From: a bacterium
GTDB lineage: Bacteria > JADJOY01
DNA: 64,000 nucleotides
Assembly (NCBI GenBank): GCA_046331705.1
Contig: JAXLQJ010000038.1
Coordinates: 1 to 64,000, forward strand
Direction: 5' to 3'
This document shows positions 44,732 to 54,305 of this stretch, piece by piece. Every line of letters starts with the position of its first letter. Positions within the stretch are counted from its first letter, which is position 1. A program made the position numbers and the translations under genes. Below the pieces are notes generated by a model. That model was given only the letters and a program-made list of their open reading frames with translations. It had not been told where the DNA came from and did not search any database.

Positions 44732-45331
44732 GTGACGGAAGGAGTCGTACAGGTTCGGAACCTCAGCAAGAGCGTCGTGATCGTGCACGACCTCGAGGTG
44801 GCGCACTCGCTCCGCGCGCGGATGCGTGGGCTGCTCGGCCGCGACGGTCTGGAAGCCGGGTGCGGGCTGTGGATTCGACCGTGCACCAGCATTCACACGA
44901 TCGGTATGCGCTTCGCCATCGATGCGGCGTTCGTGGATGCGGCGAGCAGGGTCGTGCGCGTCTATCGTGCCTTGCCGCCCTGGCGGGTGACCCGAATCGT
45001 GTGGGGCGCGGTCGGCGTGCTGGAGCTCGCGGCAGGAACGCTCGCGGCCAGCGACACCGCGGTCGGCGATCAGCTCGATCTGGGCACGGTCGTCGAGGCG
45101 GAGCGCGCGCGCCGTCGTGGGTTGCGCGGCGGCGACGTACCGGCCCCCGCGTGGGGTCCCGCGCTCGGAATCCACCGCAACTCAAGCGCTGCGCTTGCTG
45201 ATGCGCCAGCCGGCGCCGACTCGAGTGCGTGCCGCGAAGTCCTGAGATTCCTTCCGTTTTCCCTTGACCGCTCGCAACGAGTTCCGGTATACCCGTTTCA
45301 AATCGAGCCCCGGCACGCTAGAGCCTGGTGA
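44732..45331 (+). CDS. DUF192 family protein
   Basis: RMRGLLGR, PCTSIHTIGMRFAIDAAFVD, VLELAAG, GDQL; about 80 aa C-terminal tail of doubtful function. Confidence 0.85.
   Translation: MTEGVVQVRNLSKSVVIVHDLEVAHSLRARMRGLLGRDGLEAGCGLWIRPCTSIHTIGMRFAIDAAFVDAASRVVRVYRALPPWRVTRIVWGAVGVLELAAGTLAASDTAVGDQLDLGTVVEAERARRRGLRGGDVPAPAWGPALGIHRNSSAALADAPAGADSSACREVLRFLPFSLDRSQRVPVYPFQIEPRHARAW
45264..45293 (+). promoter_or_regulatory. putative promoter of the glycan export operon
   Basis: TTGACC(45264-45269)-N18-TATACC(45288-45293), preceded by a T-rich tract. Confidence 0.5.
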
Positions 45332-45352
45332 GCGCTCGAGACCAGAGGACCG

Positions 45353-45469
45353 ATGCGGGCGGCGGCCAAATTCACCTTCGGCGTGGTGGGATGCGGTGCG
45401 GCGATCGTGGTGCTCGGTCCATTGATCATGAAGCTCATGGACCTGGTGTTCAAGCTACTGGTGAAGTGA
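45353..45469 (+). CDS. 38-aa hydrophobic small protein (not in ORF track)
   Basis: MRAAAKFTFGVVGCGAAIVVLGPLIMKLMDLVFKLLVK; AGAGGA RBS; strong GC3 bias; sits between a promoter and wza. Confidence 0.6.
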   Translation: MRAAAKFTFGVVGCGAAIVVLGPLIMKLMDLVFKLLVK

Positions 45470-45486
45470 CGGGCTGGAGCGACCGG

Positions 45487-46416
45487 ATGCCCAGGACTTC
45501 GCGATCCGTCGTCATATCCGAGCGGTGCGTGCGTCCCGGCGCCGCTCGCAGACTCAGCGCGATGGCCTCGGCGAGCCTGTGGGGCGTCGCGCTGCTGGTG
45601 TGTTTGTTCACGTCGCTCGCGGGGTGCGCGGCCGACGTGAACCCGGCCCAACCCGGCCCGGTGGACGCGGACGTCTCCGCCGCGCCCAAGCTCTCCGCCA
45701 AGGGCGCCCCTCAAGCGAGCTCGGCTCCGTCGGCTGCGGCCGTGCCCGTGCGTGCGGACGCCAGCGGCAACGGCGCGACGCCGCAGAGCTACGTGATCCA
45801 GCCCGGCGATCAGATCGAGGTGCGGTTCCTCTACCATCCGTACTTCAACGCCACGGCGCCGGTGCGCCCGGACGGGAAGATCACGTTGCAGATGGTGCAC
45901 GACGTGCAGGCCGCCGGTCTCACGCCGATGCAGCTCTGGTATTACCTGACCAAGCGCTACGAGCAGCTTCTCGACCGCGAGGACATCACCGTCACGCTGA
46001 AGAGCTTCGCCGCGGCGGGCAAGGGCCAGTCGATCTACGTCGGCGGCGAGGTGGCGTTGCCCAAGATGCTCGAGATGACGCCCGGGATGACCGTCGTCCA
46101 GGCGCTCTACGAGGCGGGTGGCATCCGCGACACGGGCAACACGGAGAGCATCCTGGTGTTGCGACGGCTCTACGCGTCCGACCATCAGGTGCTGAGCGTG
46201 AACGTCGAGCAGGTGCTCGAAGGCAGAGCGCCGGACCTCACCCTCGAGGACCGCGACGTGATCTACGTGCCGAAGACGTTCATCGCGCAGGCGAACGTCT
46301 ACGTCGACCAATACCTCAATCGAATCGTGCCTCGCTGGGTGACATCGGCGTTCGCCTTCACCTACCCGATCGGCAAGGTCGAGACCCAGACCCAGGTGAT
46401 TTCAGCGCCCAACTGA
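45487..46416 (+). CDS. polysaccharide export lipoprotein (OPX/Wza family)
   Basis: Lipobox LAGC; YVIQPGDQIEV, VRPDGKITL, AAGLTP, IYVGGEV, SLBB domain, DVIYVP. Confidence 0.92.
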   Translation: MPRTSRSVVISERCVRPGAARRLSAMASASLWGVALLVCLFTSLAGCAADVNPAQPGPVDADVSAAPKLSAKGAPQASSAPSAAAVPVRADASGNGATPQSYVIQPGDQIEVRFLYHPYFNATAPVRPDGKITLQMVHDVQAAGLTPMQLWYYLTKRYEQLLDREDITVTLKSFAAAGKGQSIYVGGEVALPKMLEMTPGMTVVQALYEAGGIRDTGNTESILVLRRLYASDHQVLSVNVEQVLEGRAPDLTLEDRDVIYVPKTFIAQANVYVDQYLNRIVPRWVTSAFAFTYPIGKVETQTQVISAPN

Positions 46417-46453
46417 AACGCATCAGCCAACGGGGCGAGGACATCTTTCGGTC

Positions 46454-47227
46454 ATGAGCAAGAATTTCGAGGTCCTGGAGAAGAGTCTCCGGGAGGGCAC
46501 CGGGTCTGGCACGGGAACGGGTGCGCTGGCACACGCGGGACTCACCCGCGAGGCGGCGCTGGTTCAGCCGGCCACGATCCCGCCGCGTTTCCGAGTGCCC
46601 GACGACGTCGCCGAAGAGTTCATCAAGCTCAAGACCAACCTCGCCATCGGCCGATCCGCCCAGCCGCTACGCGTGATCCTCGTCACGGGCGCCAAGCACG
46701 GGGACGGGACCAGCACGGTGGCGAGCAACCTCGCCATCGCGTACGCCGCCGACGGGAGCCACCGCGTGTTGCTGATCGACGCGGCGTTTCACCGGCCGGC
46801 CTTGCACCGCATCTTCCGTTTTCCGCGCGACCCGGGGCTCACGGACCTGCTGGTGGGGACCGGAGATTTCGAGGAGCCGCTCAAGGCGTCGCCGATCCCG
46901 GATCTCACGGTGCTCACGGCTGGACGTCCCTACGGCAACCCGACGCGGCTCTTGGAGGGCGAGCGCTTCACGCAGTTGCTGGCGTTCGCACGCGAGCGCT
47001 TCGACGTGACGATCCTCGATGCCAGCCCGATCCTGCCGTACTCGGACGCGCGGGTGCTCGCGACGAAGGCCGATGGGTGCTTGCTGGTCATCCAGGCCAA
47101 CCACACCCAGATCTCCGCGGTGGAGCGAAGCAAGCGACAGCTCGTCGCGATGGGCGCGAAGGTGGTGGGAGCGGTGATCAGCCGCCAGCGGCACTTCGTG
47201 CCCGAGTTCCTCCACGAATGGGTGTGA
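46454..47227 (+). CDS. CpsD/CapB-family BY-kinase-like protein (degenerate motifs)
   Basis: EEFIKLKTN, GDGTSTVASNLA, VLLIDA, PGLTDLL, FDVTILDASP. Confidence 0.85.
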   Translation: MSKNFEVLEKSLREGTGSGTGTGALAHAGLTREAALVQPATIPPRFRVPDDVAEEFIKLKTNLAIGRSAQPLRVILVTGAKHGDGTSTVASNLAIAYAADGSHRVLLIDAAFHRPALHRIFRFPRDPGLTDLLVGTGDFEEPLKASPIPDLTVLTAGRPYGNPTRLLEGERFTQLLAFARERFDVTILDASPILPYSDARVLATKADGCLLVIQANHTQISAVERSKRQLVAMGAKVVGAVISRQRHFVPEFLHEWV

Positions 47228-47252
47228 TGGCGTCCGCCAGGGAGTCGAACGC

Positions 47253-48626
47253 GTGAACGCACCGAGCGGTGGACCCAGCTACGAGAGTAGCTTCTACAAC
47301 TTCCTGTTCGTGCTGTTCAAAAGGAAGTGGACCGTGCTCGCCACGTTCGTGGTGACGCTCGGCTCCATCCTGTTCGGGACCTACCTCGAGACGCCGCTCT
47401 ACGAGGCCTCCACCAAGGTGTGGATCCACAAGAATCCCAAGCAGTCGATCCGCTTCTTCGGCGACATCGAAGTCCCGCAGATGCCGATCAGCCTCTACTC
47501 GCCGACCAGCAACATCGTCGAGGTCGCGGTCGCGCAAGAGATCGCCGTCCAGATGGTCAAGGAAAATGGCCTGGACGAGCGGCGGCGCAAGATCAAGGAA
47601 GAGCCGACCGAGTTCCGCGACGTCTTCATGTACTGGTACAAAGCGGTGCTCAAGGCGCCGATCAAGGCCGTGAAGTGGGTGCTGATCGAGCTGCACATCC
47701 TCGAGCCCTCGCAGCGCGCGTGGTTCGCGGAGGCCGTGGACGAGTTCGCGAACGACGTGCTCGACATCAGCTCGGTGGGTCTCGAGACCGAGGTGATGAG
47801 CGTCGGCGTCTGGCTGGACGATCCGGTGCTCGCGGCGAAGATCGCCAATTCGCTGACCGACGAGGTGATCACGCGCCTGCGCAAGATGGACACCAAGGAC
47901 GCGGACATCTCGTTCGAGTTCGCGCGGGATCAGGTGGTCAACTCGGAGCGCAAGCTGCGCGAGGGCGAGGCCGCAGTCAGTGAGTTCAAGCGCCAGACCA
48001 ACGTGCTCAGCCTCGAGGACGAGAAGCGGATCAAGCTGGATCAGTTCGCCAAGCTCGAAGCCGACCGCACCGAGATCCTCAGCAATCTCGCCCTCTACGG
48101 CGAGAAGCACCGACAGGCGGAAGAGGACCTCAAGCAGCAGCAGGCGCGCTTCGGCTCACTCGAGCTCTATCGCGAGATCGAGAAGAAGGCGCTCGAGTAT
48201 CGTCAGACCGAAGCGAGCCTCCGGGCCAAGATGCAGATCCTCGACCAGGAGATCGATCGCCAGCGCGGCGAGCTGGCGTATCTGAACGAGGTCGAGTACG
48301 AGCTGGCGCGCCTCGAGCGCGACGTCTCCATCAGCCGCACGATCTACAACAACCTGCGGGCCAAGGTGGAAGAGCTCGAGATCCAGCGAGTCAAGCAGTT
48401 GCCCGAGTACGAGCTGCAGGTGATCGATCGAGCCCTGATCCAGCCAGGCGCGGACGCGGACTGGCCCGATTGGACGATCACCATCATCGTGGCCGTCGTC
48501 GTGGCGTTGGTGCTCGCCCTCGGCTTGCCGTTCCTGCTCGAGTTCTGGGACGACACGCTGCGCAACGCACGCGAGGTCGAGGACCGGATCGAGGTCCCCG
48601 TGCTCGCCTCGATCCGCGACTACTGA
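47253..48626 (+). CDS. polysaccharide co-polymerase (GumC/Wzc N-terminal type)
   Basis: VLFKRKW plus TM, PLYEAST, periplasmic coiled coil, second TM, LEFWDDTL..EVE..IEVPVLASI. Confidence 0.88.
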   Translation: MNAPSGGPSYESSFYNFLFVLFKRKWTVLATFVVTLGSILFGTYLETPLYEASTKVWIHKNPKQSIRFFGDIEVPQMPISLYSPTSNIVEVAVAQEIAVQMVKENGLDERRRKIKEEPTEFRDVFMYWYKAVLKAPIKAVKWVLIELHILEPSQRAWFAEAVDEFANDVLDISSVGLETEVMSVGVWLDDPVLAAKIANSLTDEVITRLRKMDTKDADISFEFARDQVVNSERKLREGEAAVSEFKRQTNVLSLEDEKRIKLDQFAKLEADRTEILSNLALYGEKHRQAEEDLKQQQARFGSLELYREIEKKALEYRQTEASLRAKMQILDQEIDRQRGELAYLNEVEYELARLERDVSISRTIYNNLRAKVEELEIQRVKQLPEYELQVIDRALIQPGADADWPDWTITIIVAVVVALVLALGLPFLLEFWDDTLRNAREVEDRIEVPVLASIRDY

Positions 48627-48739
48627 ACGTCGTCTCGCGCTCGTTCCCCCGCGATGGGCCCGAGGGGCCGGTTGCCGGCTCGATCGGGATCGGCGCATTC
48701 GCTCGCTGCCGAAGCGAGCGGACGACGGGTTACGCGCAG

Positions 48740-48782
48740 TCGACACGCGTGTTTGTGCGTGTCGAGAGTCGGGCCATATACT
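48740..48782 (+). promoter_or_regulatory. promoter overlapped by an inverted repeat
   Basis: TCGACACGC-N8-GCGTGTCGA (48740-48765) overlapping TTGTGC-N18-TATACT. Confidence 0.45.
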
Positions 48783-48798
48783 GGCCTGACGCGCGACC

Positions 48799-49947
48799 GT
48801 GAAGGTCGACAGCGAAGGAGATCCGCTCGTGCTCGAGAACGAAGCAAGCACCGCTGGTGGCATCGACTGGCACACTCACGAGACCGAGTGGTCCCGTCGT
48901 CCCCGCGTCAACAAGACCATTCATGCGGTGAGCTTCCGCGCTCACGGCGGCAAGCTCTTGAAGCGCAATGGCCTGGGAGTCCTCAAGGCCGTCGAGATCA
49001 TGAAGCTCAAGGGCAAGGCCAGCTCGTATTGCTACAACGACCCGGTGGTGCTGCAGATCGAGAACACCAACGTCTGCAACCTGAGCTGCGAGTTCTGTCC
49101 GCGGCACCGCGACAAGAAGTACATCCCGAAGGAGATGGGGATCGACGAGTTCCGGGAGATGCTGGATCCGTGGATCGACTCGGTGTTCTCGATCCACCTC
49201 TTCGGGCGCGGCGAGCCGCTGGTCGGCAAGCACATCTTCGAGATGATCGATCACGCCGCGGGGCGCGGCGTGCCCCACGTCTCCATCACCTCCAACGGGT
49301 TCTTGCTCACGCGCGAGCGGGCGCGGGAGCTCTCGCGGAGCCGCTTGAGCGAGCTCCGGATCTCGGTCGATGGAGCGACCCCCGAGACCTTCCGCAAGCT
49401 GCGGCAGGACGACCTCGGGAAGCTGATGGAGAACGTGCGCTACTTCACGTCGATCTCCGAGATCCCGGTCTCGCTGAACTTCGCGCTCAACGCCGTGAAC
49501 TGGGACGAGATCAAGATGATGCCGGGGCTCGTCAAGGCGCTCGGCGGCAACGCCCTCCGGGTCTTCCCCGTCAACACCTACGACGAGGCGATCGAGGACG
49601 ACATGGGCCTCGGACGCGACAAGCAGCGCCAGTACGGAGCGATCGGGCGCGAGGTCGAGGCGATCTGCAAGGAGCAAGGCCTCCAGTTCATCATGGACAA
49701 GGAAGTCGTGAGCGAGTGCGTGATCCCGTTCGTGATGGCGTTCATCAACGTCGACGGGATGCTCACGCCGTGCTGCAAGCTGGAGGAGATCCCGCTCGAG
49801 GACGTCAAGGCCGAGGGCTTCCGCAAGGCTTGGAATGGGCCACGGATGCGGGCCTTCCGCGATGCGCTGATCACCAAGAACTACCCGACGCCGTGCACGA
49901 AGATTCAGTGCATTCGCGATTTTCGTCCGCAGCCGGGCGAGGCCTGA
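48799..49947 (+). CDS. radical SAM protein with SPASM/twitch domain
   Basis: CNLSCEFC, GEPL, SNG, ISVDG; C-terminal CVIPF...GMLTPCC...CTKIQC. Confidence 0.92.
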   Translation: MKVDSEGDPLVLENEASTAGGIDWHTHETEWSRRPRVNKTIHAVSFRAHGGKLLKRNGLGVLKAVEIMKLKGKASSYCYNDPVVLQIENTNVCNLSCEFCPRHRDKKYIPKEMGIDEFREMLDPWIDSVFSIHLFGRGEPLVGKHIFEMIDHAAGRGVPHVSITSNGFLLTRERARELSRSRLSELRISVDGATPETFRKLRQDDLGKLMENVRYFTSISEIPVSLNFALNAVNWDEIKMMPGLVKALGGNALRVFPVNTYDEAIEDDMGLGRDKQRQYGAIGREVEAICKEQGLQFIMDKEVVSECVIPFVMAFINVDGMLTPCCKLEEIPLEDVKAEGFRKAWNGPRMRAFRDALITKNYPTPCTKIQCIRDFRPQPGEA

Positions 49948-50092
49948 ACGCGTAGTCGCGCGCGTGTCGCGCGCGGGATCCTGACCCGCCGTCGTCGATC
50001 GACTCGCCATCCTCGACCGCTGGAGCCGAGCGCGGCTCGCCCATGGTCGCGATCCACGAGCGTTTCCCTCATCCACCTCGGGAGGTGGCTTC

Positions 50093-51712
50093 ATGACGCG
50101 ATCCAGAGCCGGCGCGTTGCGCCTGGTCGTCGCCTCGTTCTTGGCCATCGCGCCGCAGTTCGCGTGCGCCGGAGCGAGATGTCCCGGCTACACGCCGCTC
50201 GCCCAGCCGCTACCGCTGCGTTCCGCGGGCGACCAGACGGCGATCGGCCTCGAGTGGGTGTACATCGACATCCACGACTCGGTCCCGGTCCACGCCTCGG
50301 CGCTCGCCGAGATGGGCCTCACCGCCGTCAAGCATTTCCCCAGCCACGTGCTGTGGGGCGACATGCAGTCGGGTCCGAAGGCCGAGATCGACTTCCAGCG
50401 GCTCGACGACTACGTCCGTGAGTACCAGCGCGCCGGGTTCGGCGAGCTGGTCATGTGCCTGCGGGCCAATGCCAAATGGGCGTCGCGAGGCGGCGGTCTG
50501 CTGACCGCGGCGCTCGACAATCCGAATCCGAAGCCGGAGCACTACGAGCGTTACGAGCGTTGGATCCAATCGGTGGTCGAGCGCTACGACGGCGACGGTC
50601 GCGACGACATGCCCGGCTTGCGGTGGCCCGTCCGCTACCTGGAGATCGGGTCCGAGTACTCGAGCTTCGAGGGTGGCCCCGTCTCCGAGTACCTCGAGAC
50701 GCTCGGGCACGCGTACCGCGCGGCGCACCGAGCATCGCCGAACGTGATCGTGGCGCACGCGGCGTTCATGCCGACCACGGCGTTTCGCAAGCGGCCGCCC
50801 GCGACGGTCGAGGGGTATCGGGCCGCCTTCAAGCAGATCGAGGTCGATCCGACCCATGGCATCGAGGATCTGTGGGCCATCCTCGATCATCCCGAGAGCT
50901 TCGACGTCCTCAACTTCCACGCGTTCGCGAGCCCGAGCGAGATCGAGGACACGCTGCGCTGGCTCGATTTCGAGAGCAAGCGGCGCGGCTACCGCAAGCC
51001 GGTGATGATCAGCGACACGTTCCCGACGCCCTTCATCGCCTGGGGACCCGCCACGAGCTGCGACGGCCCCAAGGAGAAGCTCGGCAAGGTGATTCCACCC
51101 GCCGTCGAGGCCGATCGCTGTCGCCTGGCCGAGTTCTTCTCGAAGCTGGTGGCCGACGACGACAAGACCGTCCGCTGGACGCAGGGCTTCGTGGCCGAGG
51201 ATTCGATTCAACGCGCGATCGTGTCCGCCGAGCAGGGCGTGCGGCTCGTGAATCTCGCGTACACCACGGACCTGCCGTTCCTCACCGGACGGCTGATGCG
51301 CGGCGGCGCCGGGATTCCCGCATGGTCGGGATTTCTCGAGCTCAAGGGGAAATGCGTCGACGAGCGTCGCCCCGCGTTCTACGCCACCAAGCAGATGATG
51401 GGCCATCTGCGCGATTACCAGGGCATCCAGCGTCTTGCGTATCCCGACCCCGAGGTGCGCGTGTATCAGATCCGCTCGCCAGGCGCGCCGCGCTGGGTCG
51501 CGTGGCTGGACCCGGGCCGACTGGTGCTCCCGGGAGACGAGATCCCCCGCAAGTCGATCCGCCTCTCCGTGGGTGCCAGCCAGGTGAGCGTCGAGCCCGT
51601 GATCAACGCACGCGGGCAGACCACCGCCGAGCGCACCGGTTTCCCGGCGCCCGATGGGCGCGTGGACGTCACCCTCACGCCTCGGCCGGTGTTCATCGTT
51701 CCCGCGGGCTGA
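50093..51712 (+). CDS. secreted glycoside-hydrolase-like (clan GH-A TIM-barrel) protein
   Basis: Signal peptide; VVERYDGDGRDDMPGL, YLEIGSE, DVLNFH, KPVMISD. Confidence 0.55.
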   Translation: MTRSRAGALRLVVASFLAIAPQFACAGARCPGYTPLAQPLPLRSAGDQTAIGLEWVYIDIHDSVPVHASALAEMGLTAVKHFPSHVLWGDMQSGPKAEIDFQRLDDYVREYQRAGFGELVMCLRANAKWASRGGGLLTAALDNPNPKPEHYERYERWIQSVVERYDGDGRDDMPGLRWPVRYLEIGSEYSSFEGGPVSEYLETLGHAYRAAHRASPNVIVAHAAFMPTTAFRKRPPATVEGYRAAFKQIEVDPTHGIEDLWAILDHPESFDVLNFHAFASPSEIEDTLRWLDFESKRRGYRKPVMISDTFPTPFIAWGPATSCDGPKEKLGKVIPPAVEADRCRLAEFFSKLVADDDKTVRWTQGFVAEDSIQRAIVSAEQGVRLVNLAYTTDLPFLTGRLMRGGAGIPAWSGFLELKGKCVDERRPAFYATKQMMGHLRDYQGIQRLAYPDPEVRVYQIRSPGAPRWVAWLDPGRLVLPGDEIPRKSIRLSVGASQVSVEPVINARGQTTAERTGFPAPDGRVDVTLTPRPVFIVPAG

Positions 51713-51813
51713 GCGCGCCGTCGGGCAGGGCGTCGTTTCGTCGGCGTCGGGATTGAAGTAAAAGATCCAGCAACAGGGGCCGCTCCTGCCACGCGCCCGC
51801 AGCGAGGATCCGA

Positions 51814-53223
51814 ATGCCGACCACCTGGCGACCCCATCTGGATCGTCCGTTCCGTCTCGACGATCTGCTCCTGTTCGCGGTGTTCCTGACCTTGCCGCTC
51901 GAGGGCATGGGCCTCTTGAAGCGCGCACACGCAGGCGCCGGCTTCGCGGGCGGCCTGACGTTCGCCAAGATCTTCATTCTGCTGGCGCTTGCCGCCTGGG
52001 CGGTTCGGACCATCGTCTCCCAGGACCAGTATCTGCTGCGCGCGCTCTTCGGCATCAAGACCACGCTGTTCCTGATGGGCTCGTTGCTGGTGGCTTTCTC
52101 CACGTTGGTTCAGACCAAGATTCGCCCGTATTTCAGCCAGTTCTTCGTCCAGGCGGTCAGCTTGTTCCTGCTCTACCTGCTGATCGTCGGGGTCGTTCAG
52201 GCGCGCACGCGAGTCTTCCAGTGGGCGTTGGCGGCGTTGCTCATCGGCACCATTCCGAGCTCGCTCGGCGGCGTCTACGAGGCGCTCACCGGCCACTTGA
52301 TCATGAAGGGACGCGTGCAGACGCCGCTCGGACCCGAGGCGCTGACGCAGCAGCGTGGGCTCTACAAGTCCGAGTCCGGCCGCTACCGGATCGCGAGCTT
52401 CTCCGGCGATTGCGGCATTCACGGGGTGCACTGGGCCGTCTACGGGCCGATGAGCATGGCGGTCCCGTTCCTGTTCCGGCGTCGCTGGCTCAAGGTCGCG
52501 GGTTGGGGCTTCGTGATGCTCACGGTCGTGAACTGCCTCGGGACGGGCACGCGAACGGGAATGGGGTCGCTGCTCTTCGGGGTCCTGGCGTTCTTCGCGC
52601 TCGCCAAGATTCCGCACAAGCCGCAGATCGCCGCGGCAGCGATCGTCGCCGCGCTCGTGCTCGGAATCATGATGGGGGCTCCGCTGGAACGGATCCTCGG
52701 CAAGGAGCACAAGGCCGAGACGTCGACCGCGTGGCGCTTCGCCATGACCAAGATCGCCATCCAGATGATCGAGGATCATCCGATCCTCGGAGTCGGCGTG
52801 GGCAACTACGTCGGCCTCTACTACAAGTACTGCGAGAAGGTGCCCGAGGCGAACCGGACTCCCGTCATCATGCACAACGGCTATCTGGCCGTGTGGTCGG
52901 AGCAAGGCACGCTCGGCTTGATCTGCTTCCTCGGCTTCTTCGGCTCCGTCGCCCTCGATCTCTTCCGCACGGTGCGTAGACCTGCGAGCCGCTACATCCA
53001 CTTCGCGGCCGCCGGGCTGCTCGGGGGGCTGGTGGCGCACTTGATCACGCAGCTCGGTTATCCGCTGCTCGGTGACGAGCTGGGTTACTGGCTCATGGGC
53101 TTCGGTGTCACGATCACCGAGCTGAATCGTCGGTTGCATGGCGAATATCCATTCCGCGGCATGGCCCAGGAATCCACGTGGTCGTCCGAGCCCGGCGCGC
53201 TCCCCGCTGCCGTGCCGGCGTGA
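51814..53223 (+). CDS. O-antigen ligase/Wzy polymerase family protein
   Basis: Multi-TM; TGTRTG, R..M...AI.MI.DHPILGVGVGNY, HNGYL...EQGTLG. Confidence 0.88.
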   Translation: MPTTWRPHLDRPFRLDDLLLFAVFLTLPLEGMGLLKRAHAGAGFAGGLTFAKIFILLALAAWAVRTIVSQDQYLLRALFGIKTTLFLMGSLLVAFSTLVQTKIRPYFSQFFVQAVSLFLLYLLIVGVVQARTRVFQWALAALLIGTIPSSLGGVYEALTGHLIMKGRVQTPLGPEALTQQRGLYKSESGRYRIASFSGDCGIHGVHWAVYGPMSMAVPFLFRRRWLKVAGWGFVMLTVVNCLGTGTRTGMGSLLFGVLAFFALAKIPHKPQIAAAAIVAALVLGIMMGAPLERILGKEHKAETSTAWRFAMTKIAIQMIEDHPILGVGVGNYVGLYYKYCEKVPEANRTPVIMHNGYLAVWSEQGTLGLICFLGFFGSVALDLFRTVRRPASRYIHFAAAGLLGGLVAHLITQLGYPLLGDELGYWLMGFGVTITELNRRLHGEYPFRGMAQESTWSSEPGALPAAVPA

Positions 53224-53459
53224 CGACGGGGCCCGACGGCGGTTGGATCCCGCCGTTTTGCGCATCGATCCGGCGCCTGGCGAACGTGCTGCTCGTGCTA
53301 TGGTAGACGGATCACCTTGATGCGGCGCGCGCTCGGACGTGGTGCGCGGGTCTCGAGGCCGTTTCCCCGTTCGTGAGCCACGCGGGCGCGCGAGCGGGAC
53401 GCGGGCTCACGGCTCGCCGAGCAAACCGGCAGGCAGCGGCGCCGCCACATGCGAGGCTC

Positions 53460-54305
53460 ATGAGTTCCGCGCCCAACGCCACGACCGCCGAGCCCGACGT
53501 CACGCTCGGCATCATCACCTGGAACGCCAAGGCGCTCATGCGCCAGCTCCTCGACTCGATTCGGGAGCAGGTCCACGGCGTCGCGTACGAGATCGTGGTG
53601 GTCGACAACGACTCGCACGACGGCACCAAGGAGATGATCAAGGCCGAGTACCCCGAGGTCCGCCTGTTCGAGAACGAGCGCAACGTCGGCGTGGGACCGG
53701 CGCGCAACCGGCTGTTGCGCGAGTCCCGAGGTCGCTACGTCCTCAGCCTGGACAACGACACCACCATGCTCGCCAACGACGCGGTGGGGATGCTGGTGCG
53801 CACGATGGACGCGCACCCGAACGCGGCGGTGAGTGGTCCCAAGCTGGTCTACAAGGACGGCAGCCTTCAGCTCTCGTGCCGGCCCTTTCCGCGTCCGCTC
53901 AACATCCTGCTCGAGGGTACCGGGCTGAGGCGCTGGTTCGGCACCACCCGCTGGGTGCTCGATTACACGCTGGAGCGCTGGGATCACGCCACGTTGCGCG
54001 AGATCGACTGGATGTACGGCGCGGCGCTGATGATCCGTCGCTCGGCGTTGCCCAAGCTCGGGCTCTTCGACGAGGGCTTCTTCTATCTCTACGAGGACGT
54101 CGAGTTCTGCCTGCGCGCGAAGCGCCTCGGCTACCAGATCCTCTACATCCCCGATGCCGTGATCTGCCACCACCTGGAGCGGGAAGGGCGCAGCGTCCTG
54201 TCGAAGACGCTTCAGGTCCACGTGCGCAGCATCTTGCGGTATCTGCGACGACTCTACTTCGGCTATCCGGATGGTTTCCCGGGTGTGGCGCGGGTCGCGG
54301 CATGA
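53460..54305 (+). CDS. glycosyltransferase family 2
   Basis: EIVVVDNDSHDGT, NVGVGPARN, LDND, GAALMIRR, FDEGFFYLYEDVEFC. Confidence 0.92.
   Translation: MSSAPNATTAEPDVTLGIITWNAKALMRQLLDSIREQVHGVAYEIVVVDNDSHDGTKEMIKAEYPEVRLFENERNVGVGPARNRLLRESRGRYVLSLDNDTTMLANDAVGMLVRTMDAHPNAAVSGPKLVYKDGSLQLSCRPFPRPLNILLEGTGLRRWFGTTRWVLDYTLERWDHATLREIDWMYGAALMIRRSALPKLGLFDEGFFYLYEDVEFCLRAKRLGYQILYIPDAVICHHLEREGRSVLSKTLQVHVRSILRYLRRLYFGYPDGFPGVARVAA

Noticed and set aside
45090..45331. C-terminal extension of DUF192 as an extra domain
   Set aside because: Codon bias decays and it runs through the next promoter; probably a lost stop codon
45353..49947. 38-aa peptide plus radical SAM/SPASM as a RiPP system
   Set aside because: No RRE/PqqD domain, peptidase or transporter seen; enzymes are twitch-type in a glycan context and the peptide looks like a TM helix
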